Source: Psammoneis japonica (lineage: Eukaryota). Taken from it: 64,000 bases of DNA. The number at the start of each line of letters is the position of its first letter. Position 1 is the stretch's first letter. This document shows positions 13,301-26,380 of the stretch, piece after piece. The stretch is taken from positions 248,001 through 312,000 of the forward strand of contig QPGO01000060.1 of NCBI GenBank assembly GCA_008632985.1, given 5' to 3'. The notes beneath the pieces are model-generated. The model was not told the DNA's origin. It saw only the letters and a list, made by a program, of their open reading frames with translations, and made no database searches. The position numbers were made by a program, and so were the translations under genes.

Positions 13301-16020
13301 AAAGAGCCGGACACAAATTCTTCACAAAGATTGATCTCACTGTGTTCTGTTGCAACTTGGAATTGAACAAAGAAAGCAAGGAGCTGGCTATGATTGCAAC
13401 TCCCTGCGGCAAGTTCCAGCATTGTTGGATGGCCATGGGATTGAAGCCAGCTCCAGATGTCGCACAGTCTGTCATTGAAAAGATTTTGCATGGTTTGGAT
13501 GTTGAAACTTGAGTTGATGATGTTGGAGCTTTTGATGCTAACTTTGAATCCCATCTTGCTTGTCTTGACAAGGCATTGAGTCATCTTGAAGAGAATGGTT
13601 TAAAAGTGAATCCTTTAAAATGCAAGTGGTTTGTGCAGGAGACAGATTTCCCAGGACATTGGCTCATGCCGAATGGAGTCAAGCCATGGAAGAAGAAGGT
13701 CAAAGGAGCCATCCTTTGCATGCAGCGTCCACAAACTGCCACACAATTGTGTTTGCTCTTGGGCGTGACAACTCTCTGTCATGGCATGTGGCCTTGTCAT
13801 TCTCACTTGCTTGTGCCTTTGATGGAATTAACAGGCAAGAGCCAATTTCAATGGTTGGTGGCATGTCAAAAAAAGGGTTCAGGGAAATGAAGGCTGCAAC
13901 AGCTTCTGAGGCGCTTTTGGCTCATCTGAATCACAACAAACTGTTCCATGTTTACACAGATGCATCTGATTGCCAGATGGGCATGGCAATTGTCCAAGAT
14001 GGCAAGCCAGTGGCGCATTGGTCCAAGAAACTGTCGGCGGCACAACGCAACTGCTCAATGATGGAAAAGGAACTCTTGGCTGTTGTTGTGCCTTTCAAAG
14101 AATTTTGCACCACGCTGCTTGGCACTGACATCACTGTTCATGCTGATCATAAAAATCTCACCTTTCGCACTTTGAACACACAGCGTGTCCTGTGGTGGCG
14201 CCTGTTTCTTGAAGATTTCGTGCCTGCCTTTAAGCATGTCAAAGGCAAGGACAGCATGCTTGCTGATTGTTTTTCTTGACTCCCGTGTGTGGATCCGCCT
14301 TTGGAGGGGAAGAGCCTTGGTCCGAGTGGCAAACACCCAGAAAAAATTGTTCATGTTGAAAGGTTGGACAGCAGTGAATTGAGCAAGGCCAAAGAGGAGG
14401 AAGATTTGGAGTCAGGCACTTGCAGATTCAAGTGTTGTCATGCTCCTGTTGAACCCTCTGCTGACTCTCATGCCTTTTCTTCTGCCCTTGATGAGCCAGA
14501 AATGTTGAATGCTTCTTAAACTGTCCAATGTCAGATGAGATGCCAAACCCCACCAAGCCATTGCGGGTGCAGCAGCTCCAGTTTGAGGACCATCAGTTGA
14601 GTCAGCAGCTGCAGCAGAATCCTCAACATTTTGTGGTCAAGATTGTGAACCAGCGTCCTCTCATTTGTTGCAGTTTTCACATGAATGATCTGCCTGGAGC
14701 CTGGAAGATTTGCATTCCCATGGTGTTGTTGCCTGATGTTCTGACTTGGCACCATCGCGGGTTGGGCCATTGCAGAGTCATGCATTTGCACGAAAGCATT
14801 TGCACTCTCTTGTGTGATCCTGCATTGTGTCGACGTTGTGATGAATTCATTTGTGATGCATGTCAACACTTCAAACAATTGGGCCCTGGATGTGGAGAAT
14901 TTCCTCAGGGTGAAGCGCCATTGGCTCCTTGGATGGAAGTTGCAGTCAAACTCATTGGGCCTTGGAAGATTCCAATTCAAGATCAAGAGATTGAGTTCAG
15001 CACTCTCACTTGTGTTGACACTGTTGCTGGATTAACTGAGCTTGTGCACATTGACAACAAAACTGCTCAGCGTGTTTCCAACAAATTTTGCAACCTTTGG
15101 TCAGCTCATCATCCCAGACCAAATCGATGTGTTCATGACAATGGTGGCAAGTTCATTGGCTGGGAATTTCAAATGCCATTGAATCAAGTGGGTGTTGTGG
15201 ATGTTCAGACAACGTCTCACAATCTGTGAACAAATGCACCAGACAGCAGCTGACATTTTGCATGCTGTGGTTGTTGCTGACCCTCTTTTGAATGTTCAGC
15301 AGGCTGAAGGGACAGTGGACAATGCCCTTGCCACTGCATCCTTTGCATTGTGATGCTCCCACTCAAGGTCTGTGGGTGTTTCAAGTGGAGCATCAGTTTT
15401 CCAATGTAACATGATGTTGGATCTGCCCGTCATTGCTGACCTTGCTGCAATTCAAGCCAACCATCAAGCACCAATCAACGAGAATCTATGAAGACAGAAT
15501 GTGAAGCATCACTCCTGCAATCATCCAGCTGGGCAAGATGTGCTGATCAAGTCTGTCAATCCAGCAAAGCTCAAGGAACAAGCTCATGGTCTGTTTTGAA
15601 TTGTGCAAATCCATGCCAATGGGACTGTTTTGGCACTGCAAGCACCACATGCAATTGAGCGGAGAGCGGATTGACGGTCATCATGTGGTGCTGCATTGGA
15701 GTTGAGGGTTTCTTCCCAACATCTGGGTTCCCTTCTTTGCAACATCTAAGTTTGAATTTGAGTTGAGTTGTTCCAAACAGTGCATGTGATTCTTGCACCA
15801 TTGGGGGGAAGAGTGAACAAAATGGGGACATGTGCTGCATGACCGAGTGTGCTCCCTCTGATGTGTGTGCATCAACTGACACATTGGACATTCAAAACGA
15901 CCATTGGAAGTTCTCCATCAGCGATTGATGTTGATCAGGTCTCTTCTTGGTTCTCACAATTGTCATCTTTGTCAAGTCATCTCAAGCTGCATCTTGCACT
16001 GCAGTTGCAGTCATTGTGAC
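10370..16020 (+). mobile_element. Degenerate Ty3/Gypsy LTR retrotransposon 1 (gag ~10890-12030, PR ~12400, RT ~12950-13850, RNase H ~13890-14280, IN ~14530-15700)
   Basis: Direct LTRs starting at ~10370 and 15814 (shared tttgtcaagtcatctcaagctgcatcttgcactgcag); PPT ggggggaagag at 15803-15813; motifs FVIPKKDGRV, VET*VDDVG, YTDASDCQMG, EKELLAVV, ADHKNL, LIGPW, VHDNGGKF; RT-RH-IN order; many stops and frameshifts. Confidence 0.92.
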
Positions 16021-16604
16021 CTTTGTCAAGTCATCTCAAGCTAGATCTTGCAACAAGGATGACTGAAGTCATTTGATGACTCGCGCCATTTTTGGGGCTG
16101 CAGTGAGGTGGACGGACACTCTTCTTTTTCCAATTTGTTGCCAAAACAGTGCATCACACAAACCCACTCATTGCTTGACATGTTTTTTCTGACATGACTT
16201 TTTTGGTGTGCAATCCACAACAAATTCTCTTTGTTTGAAGCTGTGTGCAGTCTTCAACATGCCACACCGGCAATCCCAATTTTGCAGCGCTTTTGAGCTC
16301 TTCTGAAAAACAGCTCCAAGCACCCATTGCAGAGAATTTGTTGATTTTTTGGGATGTCCCCACAACCTCTGATGTCCTTGATGACTGTTCTCCAAATCTG
16401 AACAATCCATTTGTGCTGAACAACACATGCCGTTGCAAAATCGGAGGGACGCACTCGCAAATTCAAATGGACCCCCCAACTGCCCGACTGCCCGACTGCC
16501 CAACTGCCCAACAGACACAAAAAGTCTGCAATCACTGGCCACTGGGTGGTCAATGAAAGTCTGCAATCACCAGCCACTGCCCTGAGTGGTCAATGAAAAG
16601 ACAA

Positions 16605-16865
16605 CTCTCCAGATGCGATTGCCTGGCATGGCATCTCGATCCAAAATGCCACCACAATTTTTCCAATGCTCCCCAGCTGTTTTGCTGTTGACATCAAAGC
16701 ATTGGACACAACAGGGCATGGTGGCTTGTGAACAGCACAAGGGAAATTGATTTGCAGTGGCATTTGAAGGATTCTGAATGCATGAGAAATGAGTTCGTCA
16801 CAGTCGGGGGCCACGAGTCAATTGTTGGCATGCTTTTGCATGCCATTTTGTGTGCTGTCTTGTAG
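16605..16865 (-). repeat. Inverted copy of the 9995-10270 repeat
   Basis: Matching translations ELISHAFRILQMPLQINFP...AKQLGSIGK (-) and QLISCEFRSFGMLLQINFP...AKQLGIIGK (+). Confidence 0.75.
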
Positions 16866-19779
16866 AATCAGTGCCAGGATTGCCGTGGCCAGAAACAGCA
16901 TGTGTGGCATCATGGCATCTGTGCAGACAAACAACCAGCTACCAGCTGCCGTGAGATCATCATGAAAGATCTGTGCCCCAGATTTTAGTTCAAAACAGGT
17001 GCAGATTGTCAAGGATTCCAGAGGAGCAGATGCAGATTCTCAAAAAGTGTGGATTTTCAATGACTCTGTTCAAACTGGATTTGGGTTTTCTCAGATTTGA
17101 AGAACCCCTTGCCAGGTGGGCCTGGTGCATTCTACGTGCATCCTGCGTGCATTTGCACTGGGGTGCAGATTCCAGATTCCCATTCAGAGCAGGTGCCGAT
17201 TTTTTCAAGCCCCTCAAAAACAACAGGTGCAGATTCTAATTTTGGCACAGATTTTCCATGACAATCATGGTGGTCCATGTGCTGCCAAATTGCAAAATTT
17301 GTGACATCACAAAATTTGCAACAAGTTCCAAATCCCTGCACAATCGCCACATGGCAAGTTGAGAAACCACACCCTTGTCACCCTCAAAGATTGTCTTTGC
17401 TGCAAGGGCAACATCCTCTGGTGCTGTTCAAGGTGCAGGTGCACTTTCTGCTTTGATTGAGAAAAGACATGATGCACAAGAAAGGACAAGAAATCATCAT
17501 TTTCAAAGGAAACTGCCTTCTCGTGACTGCAACTCATGCCGACGCATCACAAAATTTCAACACAACCTTTTTGGACAATTGCACTGCCTTTTCTCACAAA
17601 CAAACTGTCTCACGAGGCTCTTTGCAATGACAACAATCCAATTGGTGCAATTGTTTCACATCACTTGCAGACCTGTGGTTGTCAAAACAGCAGCAGCATT
17701 CTTTGCCCATTTGAAGAAAAAAAGAAGTGCTCTGAGACCCTGCATGTGCTTTCATCATGAAAAGTTTGAGCCATTTGTCTTTGTAAATTAATTTGCAACT
17801 TGAGAATTTTGTGTCTCAGCAGTGTGCAACAAGTTGAAAGTGTGCAACTCAAAACAGCAAAAAGAACAAAGATTGTTGGATGGCAGACAAACAATGAATG
17901 CTCAAAAAGACATTTCAGTTGAATCAATCACTCATGTGGTCCCTGCAATGTGCTCCATGTAGACCACTGCACCTGCATGCTGCTGGCAGCAGAGTGGAGA
18001 GTGCAGTGATTTTAGTGCATCAGGGCCCTCTCTCTGCCAGCATGCAGAGCAGAGAGCAAGCTGTTTCAAGAACACATGGAAGCTGGCACATCAGACCACA
18101 ATGCATGCTGCCACACAGCACGCCAGCTTTGGTGCATTCTTGGTGCTTTGCAGACAGTGAAGTTGCTGTGCAGGGCATTGCACACCAACCAGTTGATGCC
18201 ATCCTGCCTGGTTGTTGCTGTGCAACTCTCTTCATCAGCAGTTGTCACAGGAACAGATCATCATGGAGCTGCCTGCCCTCCCCTTGTCAGTGCCTTCAAT
18301 GACCAACAACACTGAAACACAGCAAAGCCAAGCTCCCAGTTGACCCCACACACTGCCTCTGCACTGGATGAACAATGCCATGCTGGCAACATCTCAGCAT
18401 TGCAGCCACCCCCCCATTTTGTTCCAAGGCAGAGCTGGTCATTTGAGTGGTGAAATGTTGCCAGCATTTCATGTTTGCTTGCTTTGCATTGCTCCACACA
18501 CTTGTCAAAAAATGACGGTGCTGTTTCAGTGCCAGTGCACAGCTGAGGACTCAAGATCCCCACACATGTCACTCAACAAGCTGGCCAATCAAAGTCAGCC
18601 CCCCCCCCCCCCAGTTTCTCTTGCAAAAAAAGGAGCCAGAGCACTGCCACATTTTTTTTTAGTCTTTGCACCAGCACAAAGAATGCAGGAGCTCAATTGT
18701 CAAGAACAGTCAGGTGCAGCAGAAGCACAACAGAAAAATGTGGCCCAAAGAGTCATTTTCTCATCAACAAACTTCCTCCTGAAGGCTCTTCTCTTGCATC
18801 TCTGCACCCCCCTCCAAGCAACAAGAGGGGTGACTCGCACTTCACAACAAACAGATCTGGGAAAAGAAGCAACAAAAAGTTTGGAAGAAGTCCATGAGAT
18901 TTGCTCAATTGAGCTGCACAGTGATGGAAAAAAGGATGGATGCAAGGCAAGCATGGCCGCCCCACCTCTGCATGTGTGCGTTTCTCAGCTGCTGGGGGGC
19001 CAAAGCACATCGGGGGCACCCTCCAAGAAAAAAGCTGCACAGTTGCACTTGTGGCTCTTACAAGCATGCAAAATGCTTGGCTCAGTGACTGCAGGCATTT
19101 GCTGGCATTTCTTTCAAAGTTGGCCTTCTTGACAGAAGCTGGGCTTCTTGAGCTGACAGAGCCACTGCTCTCAGGCCATGACGGGCCAGCAAGCGTGGTG
19201 TTTGAAGCATCAAAAAATTGTGTGCAGCTCCTCCTGCAGTGGTCTAACAGCCTGGATGAAGTGTGGGAAACACGAGCCATTTCAAAAATTTCAAATGTTA
19301 GACCTCAGCTGGAGCGGTCTTAACAGCCTGGATGAAGTGTGTGGAAACACGAGCCGGAAGATCCATCCTACAGGTCATCCGTGATTCGACTCATGACTGG
19401 TGGAATTCGCGATCCGCTCATCCAACTCGTCCACCAATCACCAATCCATCCAACCGCCGAATCTTTGGGGGAAGTCTCCCGCCAGCTGCTGGCTGAAGAA
19501 TCTTGTGTAGAATTTGTACTGAAAGAGTCTGTCAATCTGTGCGTTAAGGGGTTTTGTGAACGCTGGACAGACTCGTCGTCTTTCGCGTACGTAAAAACTC
19601 TACTGGCAAACCCCCAAACGCACTGACGAGCAGACTTTTTTTAGCCAGCAGCTGGCTACGGCTGGAGACTTCCCCCATCTTACAGTAGGAACTTACCGTA
19701 TCGCTTGTCGCACTCAATACTTCTCTCTTCTGTGCACCTGGCTGAGTCTTTGTGTAATTTATCACAAGAACAGATCATT

Positions 19780-21325
19780 ATGGAGCTACCTGTCTCTGAA
19801 AGCACTCCCCTCGTCAGTGCCAACAACGGTACTGCAACAGAGTCAAAGTCCCGGTCGCTTATTGGATTGGGCTTTCTCTTGGGCCTCGTCTTTACAGCGC
19901 TTTTGTGGGGGACGTACAGTGTCGGATACTCGTCTGGTTACAGCACCAGCAGCAACAACAACAGTACTGCAGCTGCTGCGGTGAAACATGGCGACGATAA
20001 TGATCATGTTCAGAATGAGGATGGTGATTTTGTTGTTCTTGACGTAGATGACAAGAATCACGAAACAACACGCCGATACAAGGCCACTCAATTTATATCT
20101 TTTACCATCAACACCATTGGCGGTCTTGCGAAACACGGCGAATGCGAGGGTCGGAGTGTGGACCCCACAAACGGCGTGTGCTATCTTGGAAATGACAAAA
20201 ACGTGACAGAAGACGTTCGCCATCGCTTTGAGATTGTAAAGCGGGTCTTGATGAAAATCAAAGAGGATTACTTCAAGGTGTCTCCAGATATTGATCATGC
20301 AAACGATGTGTTGAAAATCTTCATGATGCCCGAGTTTTATTGGCGAGGTCCCCATGGTGCGTATTCTATCAAGGACTTGACAAATGAGCATGGTATATTG
20401 ACAGAGATCGGGAGAGAAATGCTTGGAGATATAATTCAAGAAGATTATTTCCAAGATTTCTTGTTTGTCTTTGGAACAATCATTGCCACCAACGACAATC
20501 ATGGGAACGATGCTAAAGACATTCAATACTACAACTTTGCTCAAGTAGCACTCGGTGGATCAGGTCATAAACACTATTTCACCGTCACCAAGAAATACAT
20601 TAGTGGAGCTGATTTCCTGTCTCGCACCAGCTTGCCAAATCCGACCTTGGCAATGATGCACGATTACGCAGAAATGGACAAGCACATTCAGGATGAGATT
20701 GAAGCTCGCAACTTCACTTTGATTACAAACAATTTAGTCGATCTCGATGGATTGAGGATTGGAATTGAAATCTGTCTCGACCACCGTTTAGGGACCCTTT
20801 GGAACGACTTGCGTCTCAAACACAACGGTGAGTTGGTGGACGTTTTGCTGGTTACCAGTGCCGGCATGGCCATAGAACGTGGGCCGAATCCTATTGTTCG
20901 TGGCGGCGTTGTCTATCTCTCGGATGGCGAGGCCTCGTCCGCGGCGTGCCTGCGTACAGATCATCTTGACCGCTTTCTACCGGATCGAGTGTGTCGTGGC
21001 GATGTGGGGGGACTCAAGCACATACCAACCGGAGGCGATGGGTAAGTTGATTGTTGACATTTCAATTGTGTCGTTTTGCAACTCAAATGACTCACTAGAC
21101 TTGTGTCTTTTCAGATATTCGAGCTTCTTTGCTCTCACAGCCTGTTGGGATTTGGAGGATATTGATTTGCTTAAAGGATACTATTCCATGTATCAAACGC
21201 AAGGGTGCGCCTACACTTTGAAGACGTATGACATCAATGTAATGGACGAATTCCAATATTACCCTCCTTCGATTGAAATCTATCCAACGGTATCCCTTCC
21301 AGAGAACGCATATAAGCGCAACTAA
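19780..21325 (+). CDS. Single-pass membrane protein with a carbon-nitrogen hydrolase (nitrilase-fold)-like domain; 2 exons (19780-21041, 21115-21325)
   Basis: N-terminal TM helix LIGLGFLLGLVFTALLWG; candidate Glu-Lys-Cys triad motifs FMMPEFYW, TKKYISGADF, GIEICLDH; GT-AG intron 21042-21114 restores the frame. Confidence 0.7.
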
Positions 21326-21733
21326 TAATAATAAGACAGCAGCCTTGCAGTCTGCGCCGGTGGTTCTAGCTAGCAAAAGCCAGCGTAAAATGTTAATATG
21401 GTTCAAAGTGGCTGTAGATACCGGTATTTCGAACGAGTAGACTAGTCTATGAGAAGCAAGCCTACTGCAACCTTTCAATAGCATTGCTAATCCCCAAAGT
21501 TTCGATTAATTCCCATAAATGCGAGGCCGTTGAACTACTGCTCGGGACGACGCTCGAAGAAGCATTCTAGTTGCAACGCATTCTCTTGCCAGGACAAAAT
21601 GGTACCAATTTCTTTGTTTGATATCGTGTTCGACAGGCCACCTCCTTGACGATTCCAGTTCGCGCAGCTCGCTCACCGGAAGAGTGAAAGGCCCGCACGG
21701 GGTAGGAGCAAAACAAAAGGCTAGATTTAGTCT

Positions 21734-24700
21734 CTAGGCTATGCTTTCGAGTTTGATCTTTATGGATGAATTCACCTTCAATTTGAATGCACCGATTTCG
21801 CCAGCATGAAAGGTGCTTGCAATCATGGTGTACGTGCCTTCAGGAATTCTCTTTGTCTCTGTAGCCACAAAGCCATGTCGGTAATTTCCAGTGTCAACAA
21901 TCGGCTCGCCTGTCACCCATTTCACTCTTGTTTGGTACTTCTCCACTTCAACAACCATAATGTTAATCGCAAATGATTTCATTGCCGAGAACCGAATTTG
22001 CATGTGACACCCTTCCGCCGGGATCTTGAATGCCCACATGGGGTTAAGCGCAAATTTTTCTTTTCCTACCGGGCCTCCAGCAGTTTGCTCTGTCCATGAT
22101 GAGGTGAGCTCCGCGGTGTACGGTAAATCTTTAAGAGGACGGGTGAGTGCAAACTCTTGCGTGCAAAAGCAAGAAATGGTGTAACCGAGATCGTGTGACT
22201 TTTTGTATTGCGACAAGACCAATCCCAAGAATTTGTCCTCTGGTCCAGCAACCTCGTACCTTGCCAGCACGTGAGCATTGTTGGTATAGGCACCTACAAG
22301 AACGGAACTCTTTCCACCCGGGTAGAATATTCTTTCCTTGCTTCCCTTGCTGCGGTGAATATGAATTGTCAGGTAGTCGGTTGCCTTTGCAATAAGAAGA
22401 ATCGATAATGCATATATCTAGTTAAACACAACAACAACATCCCATCAGATATGTCATTGTGCGCAAACGTACCTCACATCCTTCCTGCTCTTGTCTGGCA
22501 ACATGTCTTGACAACAAAATCCAGATTGTCGCTTTCTTCTTCACCGCGTCCTCAGAGAGAGTCAACACATACTGAGGATTCTCCGAAACGTTAAACGTGT
22601 CATCGCGGGGTCCTTGTGAACTCGGCCAGAACCCATGCGTCGTTATTCGGTATGCAAATAATGAAGGATTCCAAGACAGGTGGAGGTTTCGAAAGTACAC
22701 CAAAATGTCGGCCCACGATATCCAGAAGACTCCATCATCCTCTTGAGACGCTAGTTTCGCATTGTACCCAACCTCTGCACAAAACGCAGGATCATTCCAG
22801 CTCTGGCGATCACGTGATGAATATTTCCCTTTCCACGACTTTATGAAACACGCCAGAGAAACGTGAATTAAGGCTCGACTGAAGAGAGATGTCGCAATAA
22901 GGCTCTAGATCGTCCGTACCTGATGTGCCCATGGGTTCTTCAGCTGCAAAAGCCGCGTCCCGTTCCTTGTCTGTACGACACTGAGAACAGCGTACGCTTG
23001 GAATTGGTGGCAATAGAGAAACCGGTGAGCAGCTGAAAACGCAACATTGATCAATGCACAAAGCAGTAACATACCATGACCGGTAACCAACCCAATTTCC
23101 TTCGCCTGTTGTTCTCCAATGTTAGTTGTTGTCGACACCGTAATTAAACAGTCACCGAATGAATTGGCACTTAGCAGTCTATCCCAAGCGCGTTCTACCG
23201 GCGTTTCAAAATCGCGGACATTCTGAGGGTTCTCCGGGAAAAAGAGGCGCTCCGGTATCCAACCTGTCAACGAGAAGAGATCAACACCGCTATTCGAACC
23301 TGGAAAGTCGTATCCACCACCTGTAATTACTCAAATATATATAACATGAGCTTCAGGCTTCAGGTGAAACCAAAATGAACATAAAACAGTCCCAAACACG
23401 CCACTTACATAGCTTCATGTACGCTTTCTCAATTATGGGCACCCTAGAGAGGAAATCGATATTGAATGTACAAGCACTCTATTGAACAACCAGAGACCCA
23501 CTCTAGGATTCAACTTACCACAGTTCCAAACCTTTCGTTGATGTGTGCGAGCATAGAAGATTACCGTTTTTGTCAACTGGAAGGTAATCATCCACAACAA
23601 CTTGTCTTGCCACACCATTCAACCACAACTTCACCATGTACTTGCCAAAGGGATTGTATATTGGTCGCCCCGCGCCGTCCTGAGGGTAAATGATGCTAGT
23701 CACGAGTGTCTTTTGGAATCGTCGTTCAAAGGCGGCAGTGATACATAAACTAGCTATAAAGGAGCAATCAGTCACGTAGCGTTGCCGAATCGTATATGGC
23801 GTGATGGCTTGGACCATAACGGGCCGTTGTGACCTTCTGCCACGCATGGTCATAATCTCGATCGGTCGGGCCCACTTGTAGATTCTCGCCTTTTGCTTCG
23901 GAGCCAGCTTCAGAAAGCCGTCGGGACTCGTAAAGGTTTCTCCAGACATTTTAATAACTTCAGTCGCAAGTTTGGTAGCATCGTCGTCAGACCACGGCAG
24001 AAACAAACCCGATGCAATCAACGAAGAACGCTTCAGAACTGAAATTTCTTCTTGGGTCAAACGAGAGCCCTGCGTTTGTTTCGTCTCCCTCACCCTTTCC
24101 TGATCAATTCGGGTTTTATTGCTCCCTGGATTTTTCAACACTTCCACTCGGTCAAGAGCTCCTTCTAATCTTCGAGTCAGCATGGACACGACGGATTCGT
24201 CGACATTATTGTTTGCTGCCGAAGCGAGGCGAACTGCTTCGAGATACAGTTCTGATGCCTCCATGTATTTTTTGATTGCCTGCTGGAGTTGACCACTCTC
24301 ATCCAAATCCAATGCATGAGCTAATCGTGCATTTGCTTCTCCCGCTTTTCCGGTAATTGTTGTAGTAGCGGAGGATTCCATATCGGCGAATCGTGGTGAC
24401 GCGAGAGGGATAGCTGGAACCGCAACAACACTGACAGTCTGCTCGTCATCAAGCCATTCCTGACCTCGGGGAGACACAGCTGTAGCAACAGGAAGATGAG
24501 AGCTACCGGCATTTTTTAGTAAGTCAGAGGCAATCTTTTGGTAATGGGATATCTTTTCCTGAATTAGGTTTCGCGTCTGAATATTTTCTGAAGTCATTGG
24601 CATGCGCTGAAGCGCTCGCTTCATGAGGTAGCAGGCCTCATAAAACTTCGTCGCCGCTTCAACATGGTCTTGCTCATTTTTCTCCAGATCAGTTGCAACA

Positions 24701-24738
24701 CTTAAGAGCTCAAATGCATCATCTAGAGCTGTCGACAT
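21734..24738 (-). CDS. CAPN7: Calpain-7/PalB-like cysteine protease (two MIT domains, CysPc, calpain domain III); multi-exon
   Basis: Two MIT-like helical repeats; catalytic motifs VTDCSFIASL, LVTGH/AYAV (across an intron) and LKNPW; NGVARQVVVDDYLP; NPQY; several GT-AG introns. Confidence 0.9.
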
Positions 24739-25065
24739 GATGTCGATGCATAATCGCTAATCGCTGTGCCGCAAACAACAACAACAACAGCAAGATTGAC
24801 ATCGGCTTATCGATTGATTCGTGCTTCTGTGTTTTGGAGTTTTGGGTTCGCGCATGCGCGATGCGCAAAATCACGAGCTATTGAAAAAAAAACCTCTTCT
24901 CGTATGCGCGCAAATCGAATCAGCATGACGTCACATCTACGTCATCACATTTTCAAAAACAATCAAGCACGCTGCTGGCATGGCAGGTCTATTAGCTCTA
25001 GAGAGAGGCCCTCTGCTGCTAGCTAGAGCCATTGGTGCCGGTGTATGATGCTCTAGACATGCCCA

Positions 25066-25940
25066 TGCCACTTTTGCAGTCATCAATTTAGCACAACACT
25101 TTTGTCATCAATGCAACATCATCCACTTTGCAACCTTCGGTGCTGCCCTCGCTCCTCTGGGCCTGTGCCTTGAGTGAGTCGAGTCACGAGCGATTTCAGA
25201 TTCCAGCCATTGCAAGGGAAAATTGACATTTTTCCATTGACCAGACAATTGCTGACAACCCCACAAAGGCTGGCAGCTGTCCTTCACACTGAGGTCCAAC
25301 GAACCCAACATGGGCAGGCACTCACATCCGTTTCGGGGCTCTTCGAGGTGTTGCGAAATGATGCAGGCAATGTGCGGAAAAGCAAAATGGCAGAGTGCAA
25401 TCCATTGAAAATTTGACCTCTGTGTGTTGACCCATCCTTGAGGCAGGGGATTGCTGCCAACACTGCAAAACCAAGGTGCGCGACTTTCTCTGACCTCTGC
25501 AGAAGCAGCTCGAGTTTCGGAAGACGCATCATGGCTGAACAAAAAACAGCAAGCGGTGCACAATTTTTGGCAAAGGAAAAGCTGGGGCAGGCAAAACAAG
25601 AGTTGATGAAGCAAAAATCTGCTCACCGCCCGCCTCTGCATGGAAACCGTGCTCCCTGTTGTGGACGCTGGCGAGGCGGCGATTGTGTGGAAAAGAGAAA
25701 AGGAGAAGCGGCAAGAAAATTTCAGGAAACAAACTTGACATTGCGGTGCAAATCTCAAACATGAAGCATGGGTGATGACTCATGCCAGTTCATGGGCCAT
25801 CACAACAAACCAGCAGCTGCAGCATTCAGCAGAATCTTGCTTCTTCAGACTGCAGTGCAACGCGCAGAAAAATCGCACATTAAAGTGAAGAGAGACCGAT
25901 TTGAATTGAACGCTGAACGCAATGGTGCCCCCAACAGGAC
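25066..25940 (-). pseudogene. Mutated duplicate of the 3' end and downstream region of the 43666-49377 gene
   Basis: Collinear with ~43262-44120; HFNVRFFCALHCSLKK...CCSCWFVVMAHELA versus intact HFNVRFFYALHYSLKK...CYSYWFTVMAHELA. Confidence 0.9.
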
Positions 25941-26380
25941 GTCGCCATTTTTGCAGAGATCGATCCAAGGAATGTATGTTCTGGCAGAACACTTCGCTCT
26001 CTAGCTAGAGAGATGCGGCGGCGTGCACTGTAGATAAAGAGAGCCAAACCGGTGCTGTAGAGACGCGTACGCGTGGCAACAATATCTCCGTCCGTCCGCA
26101 TCCGTTGATTTCGCGGGGTTCCTCACAATTCCTCGGACTGGAGTGCTGCCGTCATCTAGCTAGCTAAACAAAGACCTCTCGAGCTGTCTTTCTCTCGCAG
26201 ATCGAGCATTCACAACGAGAGACCACGCGAACCTTATCGGCTCTCAATTTGTTTGTTGTAGTCGTACATAAAGATTATTCTTTGTTGGATCTTTATTCTC
26301 TATTTATTACTTCTATGCATTATATCTATCAAATCTGAAAAGTATTCCGAGTCTGGAGCACTGCACCCTGATTTCCTTTG

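Larger units (their letters stand above)
7350..19350. other. TpA/CpG-depleted degenerate island 1 (TE and unidentified relics)
   Basis: TA almost absent, CG scarce, TG/CA in excess; ORFs in all six frames are Cys/His-rich and almost Tyr-free. Confidence 0.9.

Noticed and set aside
16961..17260. Possible 300-bp MITE (catgaaagatctgtgcc ... ggcacagattttccatg)
   Set aside because: Arms are short and imperfect, and the flanks (gagatcat/acaatcat) do not give a convincing TSD
7350..19350. Numerous overlapping Cys/His-rich ORFs suggesting metal-binding proteins (also in 31-41 kb and 49.5-53.8 kb)
   Set aside because: A by-product of TA loss: TAA/TAG stops vanish and Tyr/Arg codons become Cys/His in all six frames
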